Part shown: positions 36,675 through 49,764 of the stretch, one piece after another
How positions within the stretch are numbered: the first letter of the stretch is position 1
Layout of the letters: each line of letters begins with the position of its first letter
From: Asterias rubens
Lineage: Eukaryota
Length of the DNA: 64,000 bases
Reading direction: 5' to 3'
NCBI RefSeq assembly: GCF_902459465.1
Contig: NC_047073.1
Coordinates: 1,612,001-1,676,000 of the forward strand
Notes under the pieces: generated by a model
Told to the model about the DNA's origin: nothing
Database searches by the model: none
Seen by the model: only the letters and a program-made list of their open reading frames with translations
Program-made: the position numbers and the translations under genes

Positions 36675-38071
36675 TTTCGCATGTCACTTTTTTCATCCTT
36701 GGTTCCTCGTCGACATTTTCAAACTACGCATCATCTTTTTATGAATATCAACAAATACACGTGCAATTTTGTACGTAACAATTGTCGCAGGTACTCATTA
36801 CTTCCGTGCGACACACTAGCTGGGGTAGTCTGGGAACCAACGTTGTTCATTCGTATTTTTTTGTTACATGAAACAGCAGTCGGGTTTGGTCTGTAATATA
36901 ATTGTTTGTAAGATTCATTTGTTTACAAACCATTTTTACTCCTTCAACTTTCGACCAATCACATTCACACATATATCAGATTTCAGAACAACAATTGAAT
37001 ATATTATTCTGTACATGCAAATGTACTGGTAATTACCGTTTAGAACAAAAATTCTTTATTTTATAAACCAATCCGCAAGGGAAATATTTCAAACAAATTA
37101 AAGTGTTCAATAAATTGGCATTGAAAAGCTTCCATTAATCAATGTTGCTTAACTAAATACAAAAAGTAGCCACGCACACCCCAAACTGTGCTCACCAGAA
37201 TAAGCACAAACACATTTGCTTAGCAAAAATAGGTTAACAGCAAGTATGTTTTTTGCTCAGCAAAGAACTTTGCTATGCAGAACTTTCCCAAAACAAAATC
37301 TGTTACTTTAACAATGACCCTTCTTTTTTACAAACAATAATGGTGTTTCTAAAATAAAACTGCCCCCCCTCCCCCACTTTATTGAGTTCTTTTAAAGGGG
37401 CAACTTAATTTCCTGCTGAAAAAGGATACTTCCATGAGAAAATCTTCAAAAAAGGGCTTCAAAGATAATCAATTACAAAGAGTACCAAAACGTTAACAGA
37501 GTTGGGACTGAACAAAGACAATTTGAAAAGAATACATATGGATGACAAAATTTAATAACAGTTCATAAAAAACAAGTTTATTTACATTGTCAATAGTAAA
37601 AAGCGACTCAAAAAGAAAATCTTAAATATAAATTCAGGTTGGTACCAAATTCGTCTACCCCTGATGCTTTCCAGACTGATAAGTAAAAACAAAAAATCAG
37701 TTTAAAACTGAACTGCGATATTATGTGGAGACCTAAGGACAAATCGAAAAAGGGAAAATACAAGGTCTTCATCGGGAATTCTAAAGACTGGGGTGCTCTA
37801 CAAGATTTGTTTCTTACAAAGTATCAATGGGGACTGGGGAAGCAGTTAACTATCAGAGACAAAGGAAAAAAAACCATAAACATGCTTCTCAGGGATGCAT
37901 TTTTGATAAATGTTTGCTCTGTGTACAGTATAGGCCTACTGCAATCTATCTGTAATTGGGTCACCCTTACTCAAGTTAGGACCAGTCCCAACTATACATT
38001 TGGGCGATTGTCAAGTTGGGGCAGAACAATAACAAATTGAGTAAAAAGAAGAAAATACACTGGGGCAACTC

Positions 38072-40221
<2,150 letters not shown>

Positions 40222-43200
40222 TTACAATTTTAATTCAAATGAGTCCGATTCAATCAGTCAAGTTTGTTTTTTGATACTGCGATGATAATATGAGACTTCA
40301 CTTAGGACGGTTCATACTTCCTGTGAATGCGAATGTGATACAAATTTTTGAAGCCACAAATACACATCAAATAATTTGCATCAGTTGAAATGTGCTGAAC
40401 TCCTGCGAAACATTCGCTGCAAAAACATCCGCATTTGCAGGAAGTATGAACTGGGCTTTTCAAAAAAAACTCTTCCTAACTTAAGACTAATCTTAGGACT
40501 TAGGACGAGTCCCAAACCCTGCACTGTAGCATGCGGACCTTAAGATTAATCTTAAATTAGGACGAATTACTCGTCCTAACTCAAGATAAGACGAGTCCTA
40601 ACTCTTTGTGAAATCAACCACAGGTTACCTAAACTAGGCGCCAACTCCTTTTTAAAAATTGTTAACATCTTTGTTCAACAAAGGAGTATAGCGCCCGAGT
40701 TACTGGGTCTATTTAGAGGTCAGGTCCATCCCCTATGACTGAAACTCACCTCTAACTTCACACCGCTCTTAAATGCACACTTTCCTGAGGAACTTAGTCA
40801 ATGAATTTAATCACACAATTTATGTATTTGTTTTTATGTTGAAATGGAAAGTAATACTTCAACAACAATAAAACACAGTAGGACACTTTTAAGTAGGCTG
40901 CTGAACATGTTTTATTCTAATAAAACAACTGTGTCGTATCAATAAGTTATAGCTGTTTGGGTCATGACAATGGCCAGTGATTAACCAATAGCAAATTCAA
41001 CCATAGTCTAGCGAGACTATCCACAATCTTAATATCTGCCTGATCTGCTGATGTTACTGTTAGCCTGAACATCAGATAGCGTCACACTTCAGGGCTCATG
41101 AATAACACCTCTGGCCTAGAGTGGCCTCAAGCCTATCCCCATCCATATTCACCTTTCACCTACATTCATTTCACACACGAAAGAATCCTACAATGTACGT
41201 AACAATACATTCTGCACGTACACACATGTGGACACTACTTACGTACGCAAACGACTGAAACTTGAAAGTAAGTTTTCCATATCTGTGTTTTGATTGGGCC
41301 GAGGTGACGTTTCTCAGCTGCACCCACATCACCTCGGACCAATCAAAACGCAGATGCAAAGGCAAAGCTACCCTGTGGCCTGTGCCGTGCACCGTGTCAG
41401 TGTCACTGCACGATTATCCAATATGTCCCCAATAAGGTTTACCACGATTCAGAACCGCAATGCGTTGTGGGAAGGCAGATGGGGCAGCTTGCTATGCAAT
41501 GTATGTTAATTGTTCTTTTGTTTTCATGCAAGAGTCGCACACACATCCCCTATATCTTTGTGTGGGTTCAACAGCGCCCTCTCTTGATATTTTGCTACAA
41601 TGGCGATAAACCTTATGACATCATAGTACTCTACTATACTAGAACTATTTCGGTTTCGATAGCCTGACAAAACCGAAATAGTTCTAAACATCATATCTAG
41701 GAGTAACAGTTATTAACAGTACACTAACAGTAACAATAACATCATCGTATCCAATGAAATTACGTACGATACGAGTTCTGGCAAAGAAAAAGGCAGGGGA
41801 CCTTGTTTTTTTCTCCTGAAATACACCCATAAAATCAACTAGCTTTATGATCATCATATTAAGAATTTACGATATAATTGTCAGTTTTAATGAAGAGCAT
41901 GCCTCACCTACTTCGTCTTTCTCAAACTCGAACTTTCCGCCTAGCCTGTGGTGTGTGATTTGGTGCCAATTTAGTGCAGGTGCGATGCAGCTGGCACAAA
42001 ATTAAAAAACAAAAATCGTCAATGACCGTCACTCAGTGTGAGTGGTGTGGTGCGGCAGGAGATTCTGGCGAACTAAACGCAAACTTCTGATAGCGCCCTC
42101 TTTTGAATCGTCCGATCCTCCGCGCGCCATCAACTCATGAGACACCGGGGAAAGAATCGCCTGGAACACCAGAATCCCAACTGCTCAGTCTAGTCATTTA
42201 CAATGTTTTACAGGATTTTGTTTCGAAATAAATCGTGAAGTCATATTAGATGTCGTAAACTTTTCATTTATTTTGTCTTCAAAGAATGTGCTACAATGTC
42301 CCAAACTGTGGCTTAGGCCATGCCCCAAATGTGTGTCCACAGCTCATAGACTGGAGGGAAATGGTTCAAAAGAGAGCGCTGTCAAAAGAAGTTTGTACAC
42401 AGTTAATTGCCTTTCGGGGGGGTGCACAGAATCTCCTCCAACACCCGGCGTCACCCGGGGCAACCCCGGGTGTAAAGTTGGACTATAATTTATAATTAAT
42501 TGAGGCGCCTATAGTATGCTTTTGGGATATTAGATAAGACATCTAAGAAGAAGAAAACAACAGTTTCGTTTTTAATCTACAACTTTACATTGCAGTGAAA
42601 ACTTTTCAACTGCGCGCGTAATGTGGGACACTCAACGTTTTGCGTTGACCGTTATTGACTGTCGTGCACTGTCATTTGAAACCAGCACAAACTTTGATGC
42701 TAGCACTAAAATTAGTGTTAACACAGTCGAGTTTTGTACGGAAGCTTCAAGATATACTAAGAAAAATAAAAGAGACAAGTATGACTTGTAATAAGTCTCA
42801 ATTATTAAGACAATATGAGTCGAGATTATGATTATTTAAGATCCTTAAATATGAGATTAACCATTTTGATTATCTTTATTATATTATTATTACATTGATG
42901 TAGATGAATGCATTACCATTAATTTTATTGTCTTTCTCTAAATTTCGATGTCCCATTGATGCTTCCGTACACACACTTTTAGTAGTTCAACAACAAACGA
43001 CGACGACAGATGACTGAAGAAGGTGGGGATTCATTTTGGTCATTTTGAATATTGTAATTATGCCCTAATTATAAAATAATAATTTTATTAATATCTCTTC
43101 TCACTCACTGTAGACAGAGTAGTCGTGTATAACCATGATTACTTCCCAAATTTTACAACCGAACTGGCTGCTCTTTTGTTTATGAAATTTGGTTCAATCA

Positions 43201-43984
43201 ATCAAAATCAAAATCATTTCCTACTATACTTATGCTACTCCATGCTAAACTATCTGTATCATCATCAATCATTTCATGATTCATGGTTTATTTTGTTCAT
43301 GATTTGTATCATTATGTCATGAGATTATTGATTGGATATTGAGTCATTAACATTTGCTCTTGCCTTGGATGCCTTTTGCTACTGAAGGATGAGTCAGACC
43401 ATGGACTCTGGAGGAACCTCCATGGTTTTTAGACCCAGTCTAAAACTGGGCCGGCGTGGGCTCTGTACTAATTTCTTAGAAATGTTGAAATTTCCCTTAA
43501 TTATTATAACCCAGCGAACCCCTGATACACAATGGCTAGCATTTATAACTATTGTCGTCTAGTTACTGAAACACAATTTCTGCAATTCAAATGGGAAGAT
43601 CATCTGAACAAAAAAATCGCAGTCAAAGGGCTTAATTTGCAAGAACAAATTGCAAGACAAGCTCTCAACAAAGATAAATCTTCTCAGCCAAGTCGACTGT
43701 TACCGCAAACTAAATACATTGATAGGTCTACCTCACGAGGAACAGTTCGACCCTCGGACAGTATTTTCCAAAGTTTGATCTTCAACCCGCGCACAGAAGC
43801 GTTACAATTATATAAACAACACCAGGAAATGCCTCCCAAACCCATAAACTTTACTACAGTTTCTTTAACTTTGAATTTCAGAGTGTAAAATTTGATGAAG
43901 GGTACCAAAGACGTCAACTTGGAGGTGGCTTGATAAACTTAAGTTTCATCTGTCCAGTTGCAGACCAGCGGCCCGGAATTCAAA

Positions 43985-46351
43985 ATGTCAGTCATCCATG
44001 GATTGTCTAATGTCTCAAAAGTGTGTTGGACTTCCAGCTTCACAAAAAACCAACGTATCTATATCATCTTTGTAATCATCGTAACAATAGAGTTCCTTCC
44101 TTGTTCAGTGGCCAACGTGCTGGACAGTGTCAAGTGCAGAGATCTACAGCTTGGACAGTATCCTTTCCAAGTAGAATTTAATAATTATCATTTCCAGGTT
44201 TAATTTCTTCAGTAACTAAGCCATTGGACACTTTCGGTAAACAGTAATGTCCAAGGCCCACACTTCGTGTATCACAACTTCTATATAAAACAACAAACCT
44301 GTGAAAATTTAGGCTCAATCGGTCATCGGAGTTGGGAGAAAATAACGGGAAAACCCACCCTTGTTTCCGCACGTTTCGCCGTGCCGTGACATGTGTTTAA
44401 AATAAATCCAGAATTCTCGCTATCGAGAATTTATATTGTTATAATGTTTTCTCAAAAAGTCAAAAGAGTTTCATGGAATAATATTTCAAGAGAAGTTTTT
44501 CACCATTACCTTCTGTAAACCCTGTAAGTAATTTGTAAATCTGTGAACTGTAAGTTTTTGTTCTGTTCCGAAAGTGTCCAATGGCATAAACTGCTGTGTA
44601 GCCAGGGACCACACTCAAATTACAATACAACCTGGGAAACAGCAGCCAGGCATCGCCATTTAACGTGGATGCAACTTAAATGAGTTTCCAGTAATTAATG
44701 TGTGCGAGTACTGTAAGGTACGTATCCAAATGTAGTAGTCATCTGCTCTTTGTAACCTCTTCCTTAACAAATGAATCAGATATGTGTGTCAAGACCCTGT
44801 TATTGATGCTACGATGCAGGCTGCTGTTGGGTGCAGTCCAAACCGCTTAGTCACAGGTACGTATTTAGACTGGTCCCTTATAAGGACAAGTATTGGTTGT
44901 ACAGAACCAGCAATAGCATTGGATACAACGATACATTTATGTATCACAGTACACCAGCGATATCATCAATGGATACAACGATACATTCATGTATTACAGT
45001 ACATACATCCATTATTCAATTGTTGCAGACTGTGACAGGGTCCACAGTGTTTTGTACATCCGAGGGGGGGAAATTGCACTGAGGCCGCCATTTTCCCCCG
45101 AGGTTGTAAACTTGTTTTGCTATACCTTAGTTCTACTACGAATGACCCTACCAAAAGCCAAGGTTTCAAAAATAGCCTAAGAATCCATCAAAGACCAAGA
45201 ACTACAAAAAAAATTAGATCATGGCCTCAAAACATATTCCTGCCCAACAGTAAAACATGTGTTTTTAATATTACTTGCTTTGTGCTTTACGTGTTAAACC
45301 ATTTCTTTTTATTTGCAGTGAATTGTATGCCAGTACCAGGGACAGTGTGTGATGGAACTGAGCATAATGGCACCACATCAGCCTTTACAAGAGAAGTCCC
45401 ATGTAGATACACGTAAGTAGTTCTTTCTTTTCTTGAAGAAACATACTCAATACGCAGAACTGAGAAGACTCCTGAATTCTGAAAAATCCACTTCGCGATA
45501 GTTGAAAATAAAGCAAGACAAGTTCTCAAAAGAGTATTAATTGGTTTTTACCCATACACCGATGTGTGTTAGCACTGTATACTCAGTACTTTCCCCGAGT
45601 CCTGTGATAAAATAACACAGGCATGTTACTCGGGTGGGATTTGAGCCCATGACCCTTGCAATTCTAGAGCAGTGTCTTACCAACTACACTTCGAATCTAG
45701 TTCAAGGGTTCGAGTCTTTATCCCCGATGCAAATTTAACATCTCTTATTTTCAAAAGAGCATAATCTAACCAGCAAGTAGATACACACATGGTGTTACCG
45801 CAAACCAAAGTAGTATATCAGATGGTCAAACTTTTTCCTTACATTCCATTTTCATTCTTCTTTATTTCAGGACCGGTTATAACTACAACACTACTCTCTT
45901 GCTGTCGATATTTCTTGGAATGTTTGGTCTGGATCGACTGTACCTTGGGTACCCAGCCCTGGCACTGCTCAAATTCTGCACAGTAGGGCTACTCTTCATC
46001 GGCCACTTTCTGGACGTCATTCTCATCGCAATGCAGGTTGGTTTTACAGGGATGTGTTTAAGGGGTATTAGTGCCCTCTAGCAGCAATGATGTTTTTTCT
46101 GCATTTATTAAAACTGGAGCATCTTAAAAGCAAGACTAGGTTATTTTATGTGTTTAATGAGACAAAGGAAAATACTGTAAGGGCTACTACAAATGCATAA
46201 AAATTGCCTTTTGATTTATTGTTATGTAAATTTTTCTTTGTAGGTTGTCGGACCAGCAGACGGCTCGGATTACGTTTTGGATTACTATGGACCGGCATTA
46301 CACAAATCCACAATAGATAACTACACGTACTACATGCCAAACACAGACTGA
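43985..46351 (+). CDS. TM2D1: TM2 domain-containing protein 1 (beta-amyloid-binding protein-like), 205 aa. Exons: 43985-44157, 44780-44856, 45319-45412, 45871-46036, 46244-46351.
   Basis: Signal-like hydrophobic N-terminus, then KCRDLQLGQ|YVCQDPVID, Cys-containing ectodomain, TM2 segment SIFLGMFGLDRLYLGYPALALLKFCTVG, and VGPADGSDYVLDYYG. GYPAL.LLKFCTVG is TM2D1-specific rather than TM2D2/3. Confidence 0.93.
44158..44779 (+). other. U12-type (minor spliceosome) GT-AG intron in TM2D1
   Basis: 5' site GTATCCTTT at 44158, branch point TTCCTTAAC at 44760-44768, CAG acceptor at 44777-44779 with no polypyrimidine tract. Splicing restores the GQ|Y reading frame. Confidence 0.9.
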
Positions 46352-47552
46352 GAACAGATAGTGTCATTCCTTCAACTGAAATATGAACACATCGCGGATA
46401 GAATTCTGCAGTCGCCTGGCATGTGCATTTAGACCCTCTTCTGTTGAGGATGAGACAGGGAATTCTGCAGTCGCTCGGCTAGACTGGGCCTCGCCGCTAG
46501 ATCCAGTGATTCCATTGAATACAATGATATCATTGGATACGTGCAGTGACATGGGCTTTCCATGCCCAAACAGTACTGCCGCCTGTCGTCGCGTATCTCT
46601 CTATGTGAAATGAGGGAGGTCAAAGGTCAAACTACACGCCGGTTTTTGATGCCGGTCTCTGGCGTTATTCACGAGCCTCGAAGAATGACGTCAAAGGTTC
46701 AGGCTATCGCTCAGCGTGTGTATTTAGGCCCTTGTGTGATGAGGATAAGACAGGCCTACACGGCCCTGAAACCCTTTCGAGGACTAGCAACGGGGAATCG
46801 GTTAGCCTGCAGTTATTTCACTGGTCCATATTTTATATTAAAGAGGAATGCACTTCAACACTGAACTAGCCAGCTGGACCATTTGGAAAGAATTTTGACT
46901 GCGACTGAGGTATCATAACTAGCAATTGGCCAGCAGACCATTGCTAATGGAGAACAAGAATAAACTATAAAAAATAGTAAACTTGCAGGTACATTCATGT
47001 ACTAAGTCTCTTTTGATGGAGTGGGGGCTCTAAAAAGAGTCGGTTTGGTCTTAACAATTCGAACAGTGTACACTGCTCATCTCAGGAAAAAGTCGTACCA
47101 TGAACACTGGTCGAAGAGGATTTGTGGAAGCGTTTAAGATGCTATTTTTGTTGGCTTATGTGAGCAGAAAGTACTTGGTGACGATACAATAGATGAATTG
47201 CAATAGGCCTCATTGACTGCCATCTTTGATGTAAAACAATGGAAAAACGCATGCGTGTATGCGCTCAGCGCGACCCTCAGCCAATGATAGCTCTTCACGT
47301 GTGAGCAATTTATCAAAGAATTGCAATCCATCTATACCCTCCACTCTGAATTCTGGGGTGATATCACAAAGACCTACGACTGATCTTAACTGTTGATCAA
47401 TCTTAAAGGCAGTTGACACTATTGGTAATTACTCAAAATAATTATTATAATGAAACCTTTCTTGAGAAAATGAGAAAAGCACCTACATGTATAGTTTGCA
47501 CATTTGAGCTGTTTTGGGAACAAGCACTATAAAAGAGAAGATTAATTTGTCT

Positions 47553-47686
47553 TTTTTGTGTGGGTATTTCAATACTTCAAGCACTTCAATACTCAATGGA
47601 AAGTTATTTGTATTAATTTGTACTTTTTGTGTGGGTATTTCAATACTTCAAGCACTTCAATACTCAATGGAAAGTTATTTGTATTT
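47553..47686. repeat. Tandem duplication, 71-bp period
   Basis: TTTTTGTGTGGGTATTTCAATACTTCAAGCACTTCAATACTCAATGGAAAGTTATTTGTATT occurs twice, 71 bp apart. Confidence 0.9.
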
Positions 47687-48479
47687 ATCAGTTTAAATTT
47701 AAAACCAATTGCAGTGAGTTGTTATTATTTAAAAAACAAAAAACAAGACCTGGTGGTGTTGCAAAGCTTCCCTTGAAATTAATAGTTTTGCCTGCAATTT
47801 ATTTTGTGTAGGAAAGTGATAAAGTCTTTGGTAATTAATGTTTCTGTTCATTTGTTAGAAAATTTATCCCTAAAGGTATAATATAAAAGGACAATAAACT
47901 TTTGCAAGTAACATTGAATAATGCCAAAAGACCACTTGTGTTTTATTCTTGAACAAATTAAATGGAGTTGTTATTTAAAAGGGAGGGTATACTTTTTGGT
48001 TATTACTCCAAAAATCAATGGCACAGGAGAGCTGTTGGTAGTACTAAACATTGTTAGAAGCACAACCTTCTTTAGCAACGTAGTTTTAGAGAAAGATAAT
48101 AATTTTTTACCCCAAACTTTGAATCTGATCTCAGATTCTCAGGCATCTGAAAGCACACAATTCTGTACAACAGGTGTGTTTTTTTCTGTCATTATTTTAT
48201 ATTCTTGCAACTTCAATGACCAACTTTAACCAAAATGTTCACATCTTTGTTACTTTTATGAATAAACAGATGGGAAACACAAAGTGAGGATACAAGCCTT
48301 TGACATTTTTTTTTGTAACAAAAAGATATATTTATAACATAAATCGTCATCCTTCCATTATTGAGAACGGGGGTGTGCCGCTTAAAATAAAAGTAGACCT
48401 ATTTTTAATTGGTAGCCTTTTCATTCACAGAGCGCTTATTTTATTTTAATGTTTTTTTTTTTTTGGTGGGGGGGGGGGG

Positions 48480-48726
48480 GGCGCGAGCGCATAATCGAAG
48501 ACGACCAAACAATATCTAAGAACACTAGGTGGCGCTGTTTCAATTTTGCGGTGGCGTCTGATCGGCAAACTTCAGTCACTTTCGACTGCTTCGATTCTTT
48601 GGAATTTGACATATTTGACCGCCTTAAGAGGATTAAAATAATGTTTGTCAACGTCCATACGCAAGAAGAAACATATATCTAAAATACTGATTATTCAGAA
48701 TGGTCATCGCGGTGGACAAAGTACGT
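48480..48726 (+). promoter_or_regulatory. Putative promoter and non-coding first exon of the LAP gene
   Basis: The ATG exon has an upstream acceptor (exon starts 49531). CpG-rich patch near 48480-48560 with a CTCF-like ACACTAGGTGGCGCTG (48522-48537), and a candidate donor GTACGT at 48721. Confidence 0.4.
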
Positions 48727-49575
48727 TAACTGTGAATGGTTCGTGAGTATCTAATTTGTTTACATTAACTAGTGGTGCATAGCGAAATTGCGACGATATT
48801 GTGTTGCATCAAATTCGTGATAAACTCAGAGTTGCTTTCAAATGTTATTTTTTGCTGGTCGCACCAAATTAAAGGAATTTGTAGTTGCTGAGTTATTAAA
48901 GTGTAAGGGCGAATCTCGGTTCCGGCACTTGTGTCCTAAGACAGTCTATTATTATAAGTATTGATACTTTAATTTAAAATAATATTATAAAATTTGTCTC
49001 AACATTGAACAAGGCCAAGGGCGGCTTCCTTCCAGGGCTGGCGTTATTGACAAAAGGGTTTTGATTTGATACCTTTTGTAGATAGATCAAGTTTTTGGCC
49101 ATGACATGAATCCCTTGTCACTGTGAAATGAAGGTGTATGTAATATAATTTACCCATGCCCCTGCATGTAGAAGTTTCAGCTTCATAGTTGTTGTCAAGT
49201 TTTTGAGAATAAGTGAAAATCACACAGCGATGTTTATTAAATTATGTTTTCAGGAGTGTTGCGTAAATACTTACCAGTACTGATAAATACGAATACAAGT
49301 ATTGCTAAAACAATACTTGTGACATTCTTTACTCAAATCTCAAAATCTACACCACCTCAACAAAATATTTTAAGGGACGCTTTCTACCATTATCTTCAAA
49401 CCGTTACAAGTTTAATGTAATTCTGTGGACATTGTGTTTTGTGTTACTCAAACCCTATAAATGAACGGGCACGGAAATGATGAAAAAGAGAAGTAGAAAA
49501 TTAATATTTGATTTGTTATTTCCCTTTCAGATTTATCTTTAAGTACGATGATGAACCCTTAAGAAAGTCGGCACG

Positions 49576-49730
49576 ATGTCTTGTTTCTGCATCCGTCTGC
49601 AGAAGGATATCGTGAAGACGTTGGATTTCCGTCACTGCAGCCTCTCCTTCATCCCTCCGGAGGTGTACGAGTACGATGAAACACTGGAAGAGTTATGTCT
49701 GGACTCCAATAACATCAAGGAATTACCCAG

Positions 49731-49764
<34 letters not shown>

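Noticed and set aside
42273-42495. Cys-containing ORFs as TM2D1 exon 1
   Set aside because: No similarity to TM2D1 and no in-phase donor; the signal-peptide exon at 43985 already gives a complete 205-aa protein.
46349-46440. Selenocysteine readthrough of the TM2D1 TGA
   Set aside because: The stop aligns with the normal TM2D1 C-terminus and I found no convincing SECIS geometry downstream.
46630-46820. Twister, HDV or hammerhead ribozyme, or RNase P/MRP/telomerase RNA
   Set aside because: Only partial motif resemblances (GCCGGTC, GTGATGA..GAAA); the required conserved boxes and pairings could not be completed by eye. An Infernal scan would settle it.
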